This document shows positions 43,352 to 52,794 of a stretch of 64,000 bases of DNA, piece after piece. The notes under the pieces are model-generated. The model worked only from the letters and a program-made list of their open reading frames with translations, ran no database searches and was not told where the DNA came from. Each line of letters opens with the position of its first letter. Within the stretch, counting starts at the first letter, position 1. Made by a program: the position numbers and the translations under genes. Origin of the DNA: a virus; IMG/VR virus record IMGVR_UViG_3300020182_000025; one strand, given 5' to 3'.

Positions 43352-44375
43352 GCATTATACCATCTGAACTTGAGATTGTATATCGTTTTGTAATCCAATC
43401 GATGAAAGTTTGATCGGAGAGAATAGGCAACCAGAAGTCTTTCTTGTATGTATCTGCTTTTCTATACTTAGGATCAATCGCTTCGCCCGTAGTAGTATCG
43501 ACTCTCTGATACCAACCATTAGATGGCTTGACAACATGTCCAGATTCCATTGCCATGTCTAGCAGCCCTGACCACTTGCTGATACCACCATCGAATGATA
43601 CTTCAAGAGGAATCTTAGACTTCTCACGCACGAAGCGAGACTTTTCAACATTGATAATGAAGTTGTAGCCAGTGACATCTGTGCCAGTCTTTTCTTGTTG
43701 CCGTCCAATGATAAAGATATTAGACGCTGAGTAGTAGATGCCTGTGCCACCTGATACGACTGCCTTGCTGAACATTTCTTGCGTCTGATAGGTGTGATTC
43801 ACAACAACCATCGGGATATCTTTGATAGTCAAGTGAGGCGTTACCATTCTGAACAGTGACTTCAATTGCTTTGCACGGGTCATATCAGCGACAGACTTAC
43901 CTTCAAGCGCATCGTCCACTTCTTTCTTAGATGCTAAGTTGCCAACAGAGTCAATAATAATCATAACACGGTCATTGCGTTCGAACGTATTGACCTGAGC
44001 CATAATATCATGTTTCAACTGCTCGATGTCAGTGATGGGCGTGTGAAGTACACGAGTAGTATCGATTTCAAAAGTATCGAAGTATGCTTGCGGCGTACCA
44101 AACTCTGAATCGTAGAACAAAACAACTGCTTCGGGATACTTGTCAAGATACGACTTCGCCATCAACAGCGAGAAGGCAGTCTTGAAGTGCTTAGAAGGAC
44201 CCGCAAAGATTGTAAGACCAGGAGCAAGGCCGCCGTCTAGTTTACCTGACAATGCTACGTTAAGAGCAGGAACAGAGGTTTGTACTAAATCTTTTGTTGT
44301 GAAAAATTTAGATTCGGTTAGAATAGCAGTGTCTTTGATAGTGCTATTCTTTTTTAGTTTTTCAAGTAAGCTCAT
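43296..44375 (-). CDS. uvsX: RecA-like recombinase UvsX
   Basis: AGPSKHFKT, FYDSEFG, IDSVGNLASKKE, SGGTG. Confidence 0.95.
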   Translation of the reverse strand: MSLLEKLKKNSTIKDTAILTESKFFTTKDLVQTSVPALNVALSGKLDGGLAPGLTIFAGPSKHFKTAFSLLMAKSYLDKYPEAVVLFYDSEFGTPQAYFDTFEIDTTRVLHTPITDIEQLKHDIMAQVNTFERNDRVMIIIDSVGNLASKKEVDDALEGKSVADMTRAKQLKSLFRMVTPHLTIKDIPMVVVNHTYQTQEMFSKAVVSGGTGIYYSASNIFIIGRQQEKTGTDVTGYNFIINVEKSRFVREKSKIPLEVSFDGGISKWSGLLDMAMESGHVVKPSNGWYQRVDTTTGEAIDPKYRKADTYKKDFWLPILSDQTFIDWITKRYTISSSDGIMREEITEEDIADVYEAIED

Positions 44376-45103
44376 TTATTTCTCCGTTCATCATTAATTT
44401 TTAAAGCTGTGTCAAAAATATTAAGATCATTATAACACAATGTTTTCATGTGTGTCAAGTCTTTTGGAAAGCAACTGCCACCAAAGCCAGTTTTACCGTC
44501 CGGACCAGGAACATTCCAATGAGTGCCTCCTGTCCAAGCATCGGCTGATAGTAAAACAGAAACATAATCATAATTTACATTTTCTCTTTTACATATTTCA
44601 TAAAACTCATTTGCTACTGCCACTCTCATCGCCAATGCTGCGTTACGCATGAGTTTGAACATGCTTGCCTCTTTGGGCCTGCACACACTTACTGGTTTGT
44701 TCAAACCTTCAAACAGTTCTAACAACTCGTCATCAATTTCGTCCATGCCCATAATGAGAGGCAAATTAGGATCGTCTACATCAACTTTCCAACAGCGTTC
44801 ACGAAGAAACTCTGGCATGATGTGTGCTTGAGGAAATTCCTTTACTTGTTCTGGTCCAATAGTACTGCGAATAACGAGCTGACAAACATCTTTATATTTC
44901 TCATAAACTTCTTTCAGAGTACTAATATCAAGTTCGCCACCAGTAGTAGGTGTAGGAACACAGACAAACGCATACTCTACTGTTTCAAAGTCACATAACA
45001 AATATTTTGATGGATCGTGAAGCTGTATAGTGCAGTTTGTTTTTTTTAGTAGGTATTCTGTAGCTTTGCCAACAAAGCCATAACCAATAATTGCTACGTT
45101 CAT
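44372..45103 (-). CDS. UDP-glucose/GDP-mannose dehydrogenase family protein (short phage form)
   Basis: IIGYGFVG, CVPTP, IRSTI, PEFLRE, GFGGSCFPKD. Confidence 0.85.
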   Translation of the reverse strand: MNVAIIGYGFVGKATEYLLKKTNCTIQLHDPSKYLLCDFETVEYAFVCVPTPTTGGELDISTLKEVYEKYKDVCQLVIRSTIGPEQVKEFPQAHIMPEFLRERCWKVDVDDPNLPLIMGMDEIDDELLELFEGLNKPVSVCRPKEASMFKLMRNAALAMRVAVANEFYEICKRENVNYDYVSVLLSADAWTGGTHWNVPGPDGKTGFGGSCFPKDLTHMKTLCYNDLNIFDTALKINDERRNK

Positions 45104-47586
45104 GAAAATAAATCCTCAAGTGTATTCTTCTCTTCTGTTTCCCATTTCAGTGATTTTACAATCGTATCCATTGGGTCTAAGAAAGCTTTTTGAAACATTA
45201 ACTCGTAATCGACATATCTATGTACATTGAACTCTTCTGGCAGTTTGCCATTGAATGATATGCAATTTTCTCCTAGTGTATTAGGTTCTTTGAGATACAA
45301 GAACTTAATTTTGTCACCTTCTTGAATTTGTTCGTATCGGTGAGTAAGATTATTCTTTTTGAGATAATAATTATATAGCAAGCTGCCACGAACATGTATA
45401 GGACATCCCTTCGAATAGATATCTTCTTTGCTAGAGTATTTTCCCATGTTGTTGCAGCCTCTAGGAAAAGCAATCGCTTCAGCGGCCATATTCTTAAATT
45501 TCTCTCTAGTATCTTGAATAAAATTCTGCAAAGTCTTCTCATCAGTAGTCAAAGTCAACCTCACGGCTTCTCTCAGAAACTCTCGCACAGGCGCAGGCGT
45601 AGACGAACGAACAATCTCTAGCCCCATTACTTTTAGTTTAGGTTCTTTGTAGCGGGTACCTTCGTTATCATAAACATTCATCGCATATCGTTTCTTAGCG
45701 ATCCAGATAGCCTTGTCTGCAATTGCTTCTCGCTTAAAGAATATTTTCTTCTCATATGCGTGAGAATACTCTGACAATGCATCCATCGCTATTGATATAC
45801 ATGGCTCAATTTGATCTGTGCCAATCTGATCTAGAATATCAACTATCTTAGCAACATCTTTGTCTGCAAAATATTTGTCAACAACTGCTTTCAAAGTAAT
45901 GTAGCACGAATCTGTATCAGAATAGAAACTGTACGTCTCACCAGTTGTACCTACGATTTTATTCACGAATGTATCGAGAGCAGATGCAGTAGCACGAATA
46001 ATATACTGACCAGAAAGCGTAATGCCTTCTGCGATTCGGTCATCGTAGAATCTAAAGTACTCGTTAGCCATCGCACCATAGAGAGAGTTGAGCTGAATCT
46101 TTCTGGCCATCTGAAAGTTATTATACTTTGCGATATCATTCTTGTGCTTAGGATCTTTTGTGTCTTCAAGAAGTTGTTCTGATTGCTTCATCAGCTTCTT
46201 GTATTTCTGACGGTCATCGAAGAACTTTTGTACAATTTCTGGCATATATCCTAGCTTGTTTCTTGAGAAGCATTGTCCGTTTGCAGCGACTGCATACTTA
46301 CCATCAAATTCATATTTTCTCTCTAACATTCCGTCAACTGTAACATCATACACTTCGCCCGGCACAAGAGTTTCTGGTGACATATTGTATTGCATAATGA
46401 TAGAAGGATAAAGTGAAGTTGCATCAAAGCTTTCTACCCACTCATACTGACCAGGAACAGGTTCTTGGACATATGCACCTGCAATTTGTCTGCCTTGTTT
46501 TGGACTTTTCTGACCAAAAACAACATTCTGTTCCCATAGATGATTGTATAGCAAACAGTCCCACGTTTTTACAGGAGATGCAACATCAGAATAGTTCATC
46601 TTACCATCGTAAGCCATTGTTAGACAAAGTTCAATCAGCTTGAGTTTATCTTCTAGTTGATCTACCAGCACAGTATCGATGATATTATATTCTACAAAAA
46701 GATTCCAGTCTTTCTCATAAAAGTCTTTGAACGAATCATGAGGATTCTCTAGCTTTTTATGTCCAAGTTCTACTTCTGTGATAAAGTCTAACTTGTAAGA
46801 CTCACGGGTAACATAGGTGAACTTTTTATATAAGTCAAGATAGTCTAACTGTGCTACACCCCAAATATCATACTTGAGAAAATCACGGTTGCCCATTGTC
46901 AGAGTTTTTGCTTTGACTAAGTTGAAAGGACTAAAACCTTTCTTCATGTCTTCGCCAAACAATTTGTCTGTGCGGGCGACAATATATGGAATATCGAACA
47001 GTGCCAGATTCCAGCCAGTCACAACATCAGGCGGATCTTGCGCCCACCAATTAATAAATTTAGTGAATAGATCCTTCTCATCTTCACACCATCTATAATC
47101 AACATTCAGGTGTGCAGTATGTTCAGTGGGAGTATATTCACCGCAGCCCCATGTGATAATCTTTTTAGTGTAAGCATCTTGTATCGTAATCAGAGTGACT
47201 TGCTCTAAAGGATTGAATACATCAGGAAACCCGTTGTCAACGGTAGTCTCGATATCTATAGAAACAACTTTGATTTTACTTTGATCCCACTGAACTTCTT
47301 CTGGGAATTTTTGAGTAAGGTATTGATAACACCAATCTGATTGTCCGTATATTGGAAAGTTAGAAACATCAGAATAAGTTTTTATAAACTCGGCAGCTTC
47401 TTTATTTGTATCGAATTGGATGGGAGAAACGCTTTCTCCAAACATGGATTTGTACTTGCTAGGTTTATCAGATTTGACAAACAAAGTAGGCTGAAATGTG
47501 TCATTGCCAACTTGGCGATTGCCTTTTTCGCTGATACCCCGGTAGAGGATTTTGTTGCCGTAGTGTTTAGCGTAAGTGTAGAACAT
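45100..47586 (-). CDS. 43: Family B DNA polymerase (gp43-like)
   Basis: SIDIET, FDATSLYPS, KIQLNSLYG, YSDTDS, KKRY. Confidence 0.97.
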   Translation of the reverse strand: MFYTYAKHYGNKILYRGISEKGNRQVGNDTFQPTLFVKSDKPSKYKSMFGESVSPIQFDTNKEAAEFIKTYSDVSNFPIYGQSDWCYQYLTQKFPEEVQWDQSKIKVVSIDIETTVDNGFPDVFNPLEQVTLITIQDAYTKKIITWGCGEYTPTEHTAHLNVDYRWCEDEKDLFTKFINWWAQDPPDVVTGWNLALFDIPYIVARTDKLFGEDMKKGFSPFNLVKAKTLTMGNRDFLKYDIWGVAQLDYLDLYKKFTYVTRESYKLDFITEVELGHKKLENPHDSFKDFYEKDWNLFVEYNIIDTVLVDQLEDKLKLIELCLTMAYDGKMNYSDVASPVKTWDCLLYNHLWEQNVVFGQKSPKQGRQIAGAYVQEPVPGQYEWVESFDATSLYPSIIMQYNMSPETLVPGEVYDVTVDGMLERKYEFDGKYAVAANGQCFSRNKLGYMPEIVQKFFDDRQKYKKLMKQSEQLLEDTKDPKHKNDIAKYNNFQMARKIQLNSLYGAMANEYFRFYDDRIAEGITLSGQYIIRATASALDTFVNKIVGTTGETYSFYSDTDSCYITLKAVVDKYFADKDVAKIVDILDQIGTDQIEPCISIAMDALSEYSHAYEKKIFFKREAIADKAIWIAKKRYAMNVYDNEGTRYKEPKLKVMGLEIVRSSTPAPVREFLREAVRLTLTTDEKTLQNFIQDTREKFKNMAAEAIAFPRGCNNMGKYSSKEDIYSKGCPIHVRGSLLYNYYLKKNNLTHRYEQIQEGDKIKFLYLKEPNTLGENCISFNGKLPEEFNVHRYVDYELMFQKAFLDPMDTIVKSLKWETEEKNTLEDLFS

Positions 47587-47643
47587 AGTAACTCCCTATC
47601 ATTTTATCTATGATACATGAGAGAGAGCTACTTGTCAAGTCTT

Positions 47644-49176
47644 TTATTGCCCATTAAAATTTCTATCTAGGATCATTCCATAAGTATTTGTAGATTTAGG
47701 CAAGTTTAGCCCGTCTTTCAATACCAGCTTGTTTTTCTTGAAAGGATTGTAGTTTACATGATGATGCCATCTGCCATATCTCCATACTACTCTGGCGACA
47801 TCTGGATGCATGTCAGCAAGCATTTGAGACTTGTTGATAGTGCCGTCTGTGTTGTATCCCTTATCATTCATGGCTTCTGTGTTTTCAGCATGGTAAAACT
47901 CTGCTGTGTTGCCACCTGCTACAGTCTGTGTTGCCATTTTGCCTTGCATAAAAGCATTAAACTGCAAACAAACATCACCATCTTTCATTACACGAAGGCA
48001 AATATCTGTGTCTTCATTATATCTGCCACGCCATTTATGCTTACAATCATTGCGAATCAACAGACAAGAGTATATTCGTGTATTGGCAACGAACGGCGGA
48101 TACGATTGATTTGGCGCAATGAAGAATCTGTATTGTGGACCAGCAATGTAAACATTCTCGTATCTATCGCAGAAATCTTCCATGACACGAAAGCCAGTAG
48201 AACTCTCGAAACGAATTCTTTCGTTTTCGTGAAGTCGATAGAAATCTGCTAGATTGTCATCTAGAACCCAGTGCCATGAAGCACCTATACTAATTGAGTG
48301 ATCCCATGCCCAGTTTCTTGCACGACCAGGTCCATCGCCATGATTTGAGAATGGTGCAACTAAAAGAGTCACATAGTCACGAATACCAAAAGTGTCAAGA
48401 GCAGCATCGTAGGACTTTTCGTCTTGCGGCTCTATTACAATATAATGTGGTATCTTCATACGAGACAATGATCTAGATGTGATCATTGTGTCTGCTCTAC
48501 CTTTAGATACAATGTACATTGGGTGTCGAAGTGGCTTAGCTTCTTCTTCGTCAACCCAACGCAGCAACATGTTCTTTGTCACATAAAGTTTTGGATACCA
48601 GATAGAGTTAGTTTTTTCTGTGATCTCTTGCCCAATCTTCTTTGCAAACTCTTCATAAAACTCTTTATTTTCAAAATGCATGTGAATAGTTCTAAAGGAT
48701 GCTGCTTCTTTCTGCTCATATTCTGGCATGTCAACCCAGTGTTCTCGCCACTTTGAATTCACATCAACTACAACTTCGGCAACTTCAATGTCAAGTTTGC
48801 TATCGATTGCAGTTTTCTTTTTACGGGGGATAAGAAGTGATTTGTCGATTTTAACATTGTCTTCTTCGTCATCAAATAAAGAGTTTTCTGCTACCACTTT
48901 TGGATAATTGACAACATTGGTATTATAGTCAATCATCTGTCCAATGTCTGTGCAGAAATCTGCCATGTCATCAACATTGCGAAAATGAACATACAGAACT
49001 TTATATACACCTGCCCTCTCTTCTCTCGATAATACTTTTGGAGGAAGAGGAACTGGTATTTCATCACCAAATAATTTTTCCAGTGACATAGTATATTCAT
49101 CATTTAGACGAACATCTTTTTCTAAAAAGTTGTCATAATCGGCTGATTCTTTCACATCAACTTTGTTTGTCATCAT
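47644..49176 (-). CDS. TAGT/GREB1-type glycosyltransferase with a duplicated N-terminal module
   Basis: YIVSKGRAD, ARNWAWD, WVLDDN, NTRIYSC, WRGRYNEDTD; two copies of VHF..(D/E)..(D/E)F...IGQ.I...T....YPK. Confidence 0.7.
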   Translation of the reverse strand: MMTNKVDVKESADYDNFLEKDVRLNDEYTMSLEKLFGDEIPVPLPPKVLSREERAGVYKVLYVHFRNVDDMADFCTDIGQMIDYNTNVVNYPKVVAENSLFDDEEDNVKIDKSLLIPRKKKTAIDSKLDIEVAEVVVDVNSKWREHWVDMPEYEQKEAASFRTIHMHFENKEFYEEFAKKIGQEITEKTNSIWYPKLYVTKNMLLRWVDEEEAKPLRHPMYIVSKGRADTMITSRSLSRMKIPHYIVIEPQDEKSYDAALDTFGIRDYVTLLVAPFSNHGDGPGRARNWAWDHSISIGASWHWVLDDNLADFYRLHENERIRFESSTGFRVMEDFCDRYENVYIAGPQYRFFIAPNQSYPPFVANTRIYSCLLIRNDCKHKWRGRYNEDTDICLRVMKDGDVCLQFNAFMQGKMATQTVAGGNTAEFYHAENTEAMNDKGYNTDGTINKSQMLADMHPDVARVVWRYGRWHHHVNYNPFKKNKLVLKDGLNLPKSTNTYGMILDRNFNGQ

Positions 49177-49286
49177 ATATACCTCACAATAATAAATTTA
49201 TAACCATAATATAATAAAATCAACACAATGTCAAGTAGATAATATATAATAATCGTTCAAAAACTCTATACGCATGTAGAGAAGAT

Positions 49287-49730
49287 TTAGACGGATACTA
49301 CACCTTCGGCAATAAGTCGTTGGCGATTCGCCAAGTGTTGAGCTTGCACATCGTCCTTAGACTGACCTTCGTACAGTACAGCGTGGCCTTCTTTGATCAG
49401 AATCTGACCTGCTAGGCAGTATCTGTCCTCTGCTGCATAGTACACTTCAAAGTCACCTAGAATACGACCGAACTTGCCTTTCATATCCTCGCCGTCTTTG
49501 GCTACACGAGTCTTCAGTACCGCAGTCTTACCGAGCAGAGATTTCAATCTAGCACCGGCTGCTTTACCAAACTTCTTTTCAACCTTATCTCTGGTGCGAG
49601 ACTCAGGTGTGTCGATACCCATGATACGGACACGCTCATCCTTTAACCAGATGCCAAATCCGAGATCGATGTCAACGTCTACGGTATCCCCGTCCACTAC
49701 TCTGCGGATTGTTGCTCTGTATTCGTACAT
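49287..49730 (-). CDS. Staphylococcal nuclease-like (SNase) protein
   Basis: RVVDGDTVD, RIMGIDTPESR, GKFGRILG. Confidence 0.85.
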   Translation of the reverse strand: MYEYRATIRRVVDGDTVDVDIDLGFGIWLKDERVRIMGIDTPESRTRDKVEKKFGKAAGARLKSLLGKTAVLKTRVAKDGEDMKGKFGRILGDFEVYYAAEDRYCLAGQILIKEGHAVLYEGQSKDDVQAQHLANRQRLIAEGVVSV

Positions 49731-49733
49731 GAT

Positions 49734-50075
49734 TTATCCTGTAATGATTTGTTTAGGTGCTGGTGCTGCAACTTTGTCATCAGGGACAACAATGCCACTA
49801 CCGTACCGGCGATTGTATTCGTTGAGTAAATCGGTGTTTGGTGCAAACACCGAGATAACATGCATTGGCATGATTGGCACTACGTTATTTTTTGCATACG
49901 GTGCGTAAGGAGTAAGGCCGAGTACAAATTCATACTCATTCTCAGGCTTGGGTCGCATCATAATATAACAGGGCTTTTCAATTTGAATCATCTTGCCGCC
50001 TTCGAGGTTTACCTCAGTGACTGCGCCAATGATATCTTCTCCTGAGGAGAGCTTTAGAATTTGTACTTCGGCCAT
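49734..50075 (-). CDS. Conserved T4-like Sm-like small protein
   Basis: ILKLSSGEDII pattern. Confidence 0.6.
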   Translation of the reverse strand: MAEVQILKLSSGEDIIGAVTEVNLEGGKMIQIEKPCYIMMRPKPENEYEFVLGLTPYAPYAKNNVVPIMPMHVISVFAPNTDLLNEYNRRYGSGIVVPDDKVAAPAPKQIITG

Positions 50076-50089
50076 AATAATATCCTATT

Positions 50090-50533
50090 TTATTTCACTT
50101 TGATTTCTTTAGGTTTCTTCTCTTCAGGAATGATTCTGATTAGAGAAATACATAACATACCATTTTCGAAATCTGCGTCTAGGACTTCTACATCTTCTGA
50201 CAAAGCAAAAGTGCGTGTGAAGTTTCTAGCTGCGATTCCTTTATGGTAATATTCATTCTTATCTTCACCACGATCTTGTACGCCTTGAACAACAAGCTTG
50301 TTGCCTTCTGGCACTACATGAATATTGAATTCATCTTTCTTGAATCCAGCCGCAGCGATTTCAATAACGAAACGCTCTTCGTCTTGTTTGATAATGTTAT
50401 AGGGAGGATAGTTATTCGACAACTCAGATACATTCTCTAAGTTATGAAACATCTTATCAAAGCCCACTGTGAATGGACGAACATTATCTAAAATTTCAGC
50501 CATGTCGGCTACGTTAAACTTTCGTGTTACCAT
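50090..50533 (-). CDS. hsp20: Small heat shock protein (Hsp20/IbpA-like)
   Basis: NYPPYNI, IEIAAAGF, HKGIAARNF.RTF.L, NGMLCI.L. Confidence 0.92.
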   Translation of the reverse strand: MVTRKFNVADMAEILDNVRPFTVGFDKMFHNLENVSELSNNYPPYNIIKQDEERFVIEIAAAGFKKDEFNIHVVPEGNKLVVQGVQDRGEDKNEYYHKGIAARNFTRTFALSEDVEVLDADFENGMLCISLIRIIPEEKKPKEIKVK

Positions 50534-50670
50534 CTTTCTTCTCCAATTAAGCGAGGTTTTATTATGAGACCCTTGCGGCGTCTCGGGTTGGTGCTGATAA
50601 CAAGCCCGCTGTTCCTTCTAAAAAAAAGTCGGACTACGCTGACGACTTGCCACCAGCAAAGTTATTTATA
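50534..50670 (-). promoter_or_regulatory. Structured hsp20 5' leader (ROSE-like) downstream of a late promoter
   Basis: Three hairpins plus a UCGCU motif 5' of the GGAG SD; TATAAATA at 50670-50663. Confidence 0.5.
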
Positions 50671-50676
50671 CAAGCT

Positions 50677-51405
50677 TTAACCAGTATAACTAACTTTTTT
50701 TGTTTTGTCAATAGCTTCTATTAGAATGCCACCGACATCAAACTTGTGCCATCTATGTATGGCTGCTTTCTCATGATGAAGTTTATGAAAACCTTCACCG
50801 AATGTGAGTAGACCTAGCCATGTATCGTCATTTGCCTGTCTGTTTCTATGTGAGTAGCTAAAGACAAAGCTACCAATCAGCTTACTGAAGCCTGCAGGTG
50901 CTAAGTACGCATAGATGACAGCAAATGGGTCTATCAAAAAGAGTGCGGCAGCATATAACACAATGCTGTGCCAGTAATATTTTGTTTGGTTCTTATATGA
51001 ATCTTGCTTCAACAAATCTCTGACATACTTAAATTCGATAGACGCTAATACTTGTAAGAAGTGGCATCTGAACCAGCCTTTGTAGTGTGGGCTATGAGGA
51101 TCTTTTTCGGTGTCAGTAAATCTGTGATGTTCACGATGATTAGCTACCCAAACTATAGCTGGACCATAAAACGGGATACCAGCAAAGAATAATAGAAGGG
51201 ATCGTATCCAATTAGGACATGCGAATGCTTTGTGGGATGCGAGGCGGTGATAACCGACTGTGACACTTATCATTATACAACAATAGACAAACAGTGTAAT
51301 GGCCCATTGCCAAGCATTAGCGTTGACCATTAACACTGTCGAAAGCATTGCCACAATTTGTCCAATAAGTAACAAACATGGAAATACTTTTTTGTTATTC
51401 ATCAT
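50677..51405 (-). CDS. Membrane fatty-acid desaturase (delta-9 type)
   Basis: His boxes GYHRLASH, NHREHHRFTD..KDPHSP, GEGFHKLHH. Confidence 0.9.
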   Translation of the reverse strand: MMNNKKVFPCLLLIGQIVAMLSTVLMVNANAWQWAITLFVYCCIMISVTVGYHRLASHKAFACPNWIRSLLLFFAGIPFYGPAIVWVANHREHHRFTDTEKDPHSPHYKGWFRCHFLQVLASIEFKYVRDLLKQDSYKNQTKYYWHSIVLYAAALFLIDPFAVIYAYLAPAGFSKLIGSFVFSYSHRNRQANDDTWLGLLTFGEGFHKLHHEKAAIHRWHKFDVGGILIEAIDKTKKVSYTG

Positions 51406-51409
51406 TATA

Positions 51410-51829
51410 CTATCGCTTCTTGCCTATGTTGTATTTAGCTACTAGATTCCAATCACTTTTTTCTTTATATGAAATAATTTTTACTTGACTCATTGGACAC
51501 ATATTCAATTCACCTTCATACAATACTTTTATCAAGCCCCATTCTTGTAATAGGTTACCAATAGTATTTCTTCTCTGTAAATCATTTTCACTAAAATCTG
51601 CTGGTTTGCCATCTAAAGCAAATAGCTCCTTAAAGTGTGTAATGAAGTATCTGCCTTGCTTATGTAGAATATGACAAGATTGATACAAAGTCTTATCTTT
51701 TTTAGAAGATACCCCGATTCTAGAAAGTGTCTCCTTTACTTTTAAAAAATTTTCTGAATCTTCAAGTTTAATTTCTAGTGGATGATATCCTGGGTAATCA
51801 ATATTAAAGAGATCATTTTGGTCATTCAT
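51410..51829 (-). CDS. regA: Translational repressor RegA
   Basis: FLKVKETLSRIGVSS..DKTLYQSCHILHKQGRYFITHFKELF. Confidence 0.95.
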   Translation of the reverse strand: MNDQNDLFNIDYPGYHPLEIKLEDSENFLKVKETLSRIGVSSKKDKTLYQSCHILHKQGRYFITHFKELFALDGKPADFSENDLQRRNTIGNLLQEWGLIKVLYEGELNMCPMSQVKIISYKEKSDWNLVAKYNIGKKR

Positions 51830-51886
51830 TTCAATCTGCCTGTTTTTTTATATTTATTATAAAATGTTACAGGAGTATTTATACTA

Positions 51887-52342
51887 TTAGTTTCTTCCAC
51901 CCTCTCGTGTGGCCAGTTTATGTTTTATTGTACTTATGTTATCACTAGATAATAATTTTAATGCTTCTTTTGCTTTGATAAAACTATAGCCAAAGTACTT
52001 CTGAATAGCTTCTATGTCAGACTCTTCAGCTTTTATCCATTTGTTGTATCGTTTGCCTTTTCGAATAACAGAACGCAGAAACTCATATTGCATTTTACTG
52101 TCAATATGAGGTCTGCTGTTCATTTCGTTTGCAGCAATTGCTGTGTCAGATGCAAAGCCCAATGCACGATTTATCATGAATGCATTGTACTGTGACTCGG
52201 TAGCTTCATCAACTATCAAATCTTCTTTTGTGTCATTAATACTACTTGCAAAATCAAACGGACTGATTTTAGTTAATTTCTCCACATAATCTTTTTCAGA
52301 AATTTCAACTACAGGTGGTCCTAGTTCTTCAAGAAAACTCAT
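51887..52342 (-). CDS. 62: Clamp loader small subunit (gp62-like)
   Basis: YNAFMINRAL, NEMN, QYEFL..IRK.KRY.KW. Confidence 0.9.
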   Translation of the reverse strand: MSFLEELGPPVVEISEKDYVEKLTKISPFDFASSINDTKEDLIVDEATESQYNAFMINRALGFASDTAIAANEMNSRPHIDSKMQYEFLRSVIRKGKRYNKWIKAEESDIEAIQKYFGYSFIKAKEALKLLSSDNISTIKHKLATREGGRN

Positions 52343-52566
52343 AATTTAATCGCCAACAGTAAAAGTATTGATATTAACAATACATTAGTCATAAAAATAC
52401 CTATAGCTAAAATTGTATGATACCATATCCATCTTGTTTTGTATGCATTCTCTACCGTTACCTCAGTAGGATCAACATCATCTTGCATCATGTCAATGAC
52501 AATTGTTTCTTTTTTAATCTCAATTGATTCTGGCTTCTTCCAGAATTTAATTAACCAGTCTTTCAT
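52339..52566 (-). CDS. Small protein with C-terminal TM segment
   Basis: ORF track; WIWYHTILAI. Confidence 0.6.
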   Translation of the reverse strand: MKDWLIKFWKKPESIEIKKETIVIDMMQDDVDPTEVTVENAYKTRWIWYHTILAIGIFMTNVLLISILLLLAIKL

Positions 52567-52578
52567 TATAATCTGTAT

Positions 52579-52794
52579 CTATTCCCAAACAGTCCTTTTT
52601 CTGCTGCCAATTCTAAGTATGCAGCATATGTCATCAGGTGAAAACTCTAACAATGAGTTATCGTCATCGCAATGTTCCCATTCGATATGTCCATCTGGTG
52701 ATTTCTGTAAATCTTTAACCCACATCTCATGTTCGTGCCCACTTCTGAATACAAGTTTAAGTTTTATATGTGTTTCGTTTTTTGGCCATTTCAT
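52579..52794 (-). CDS. Hypothetical protein
   Basis: ORF track. Confidence 0.55.
   Translation of the reverse strand: MKWPKNETHIKLKLVFRSGHEHEMWVKDLQKSPDGHIEWEHCDDDNSLLEFSPDDICCILRIGSRKRTVWE

Noticed and set aside
21319-47586. Introns or inteins in nrdA, nrdB, thyX, helicase, UvsX or polymerase
   Set aside because: All are single continuous ORFs of ordinary length with motifs in the expected order
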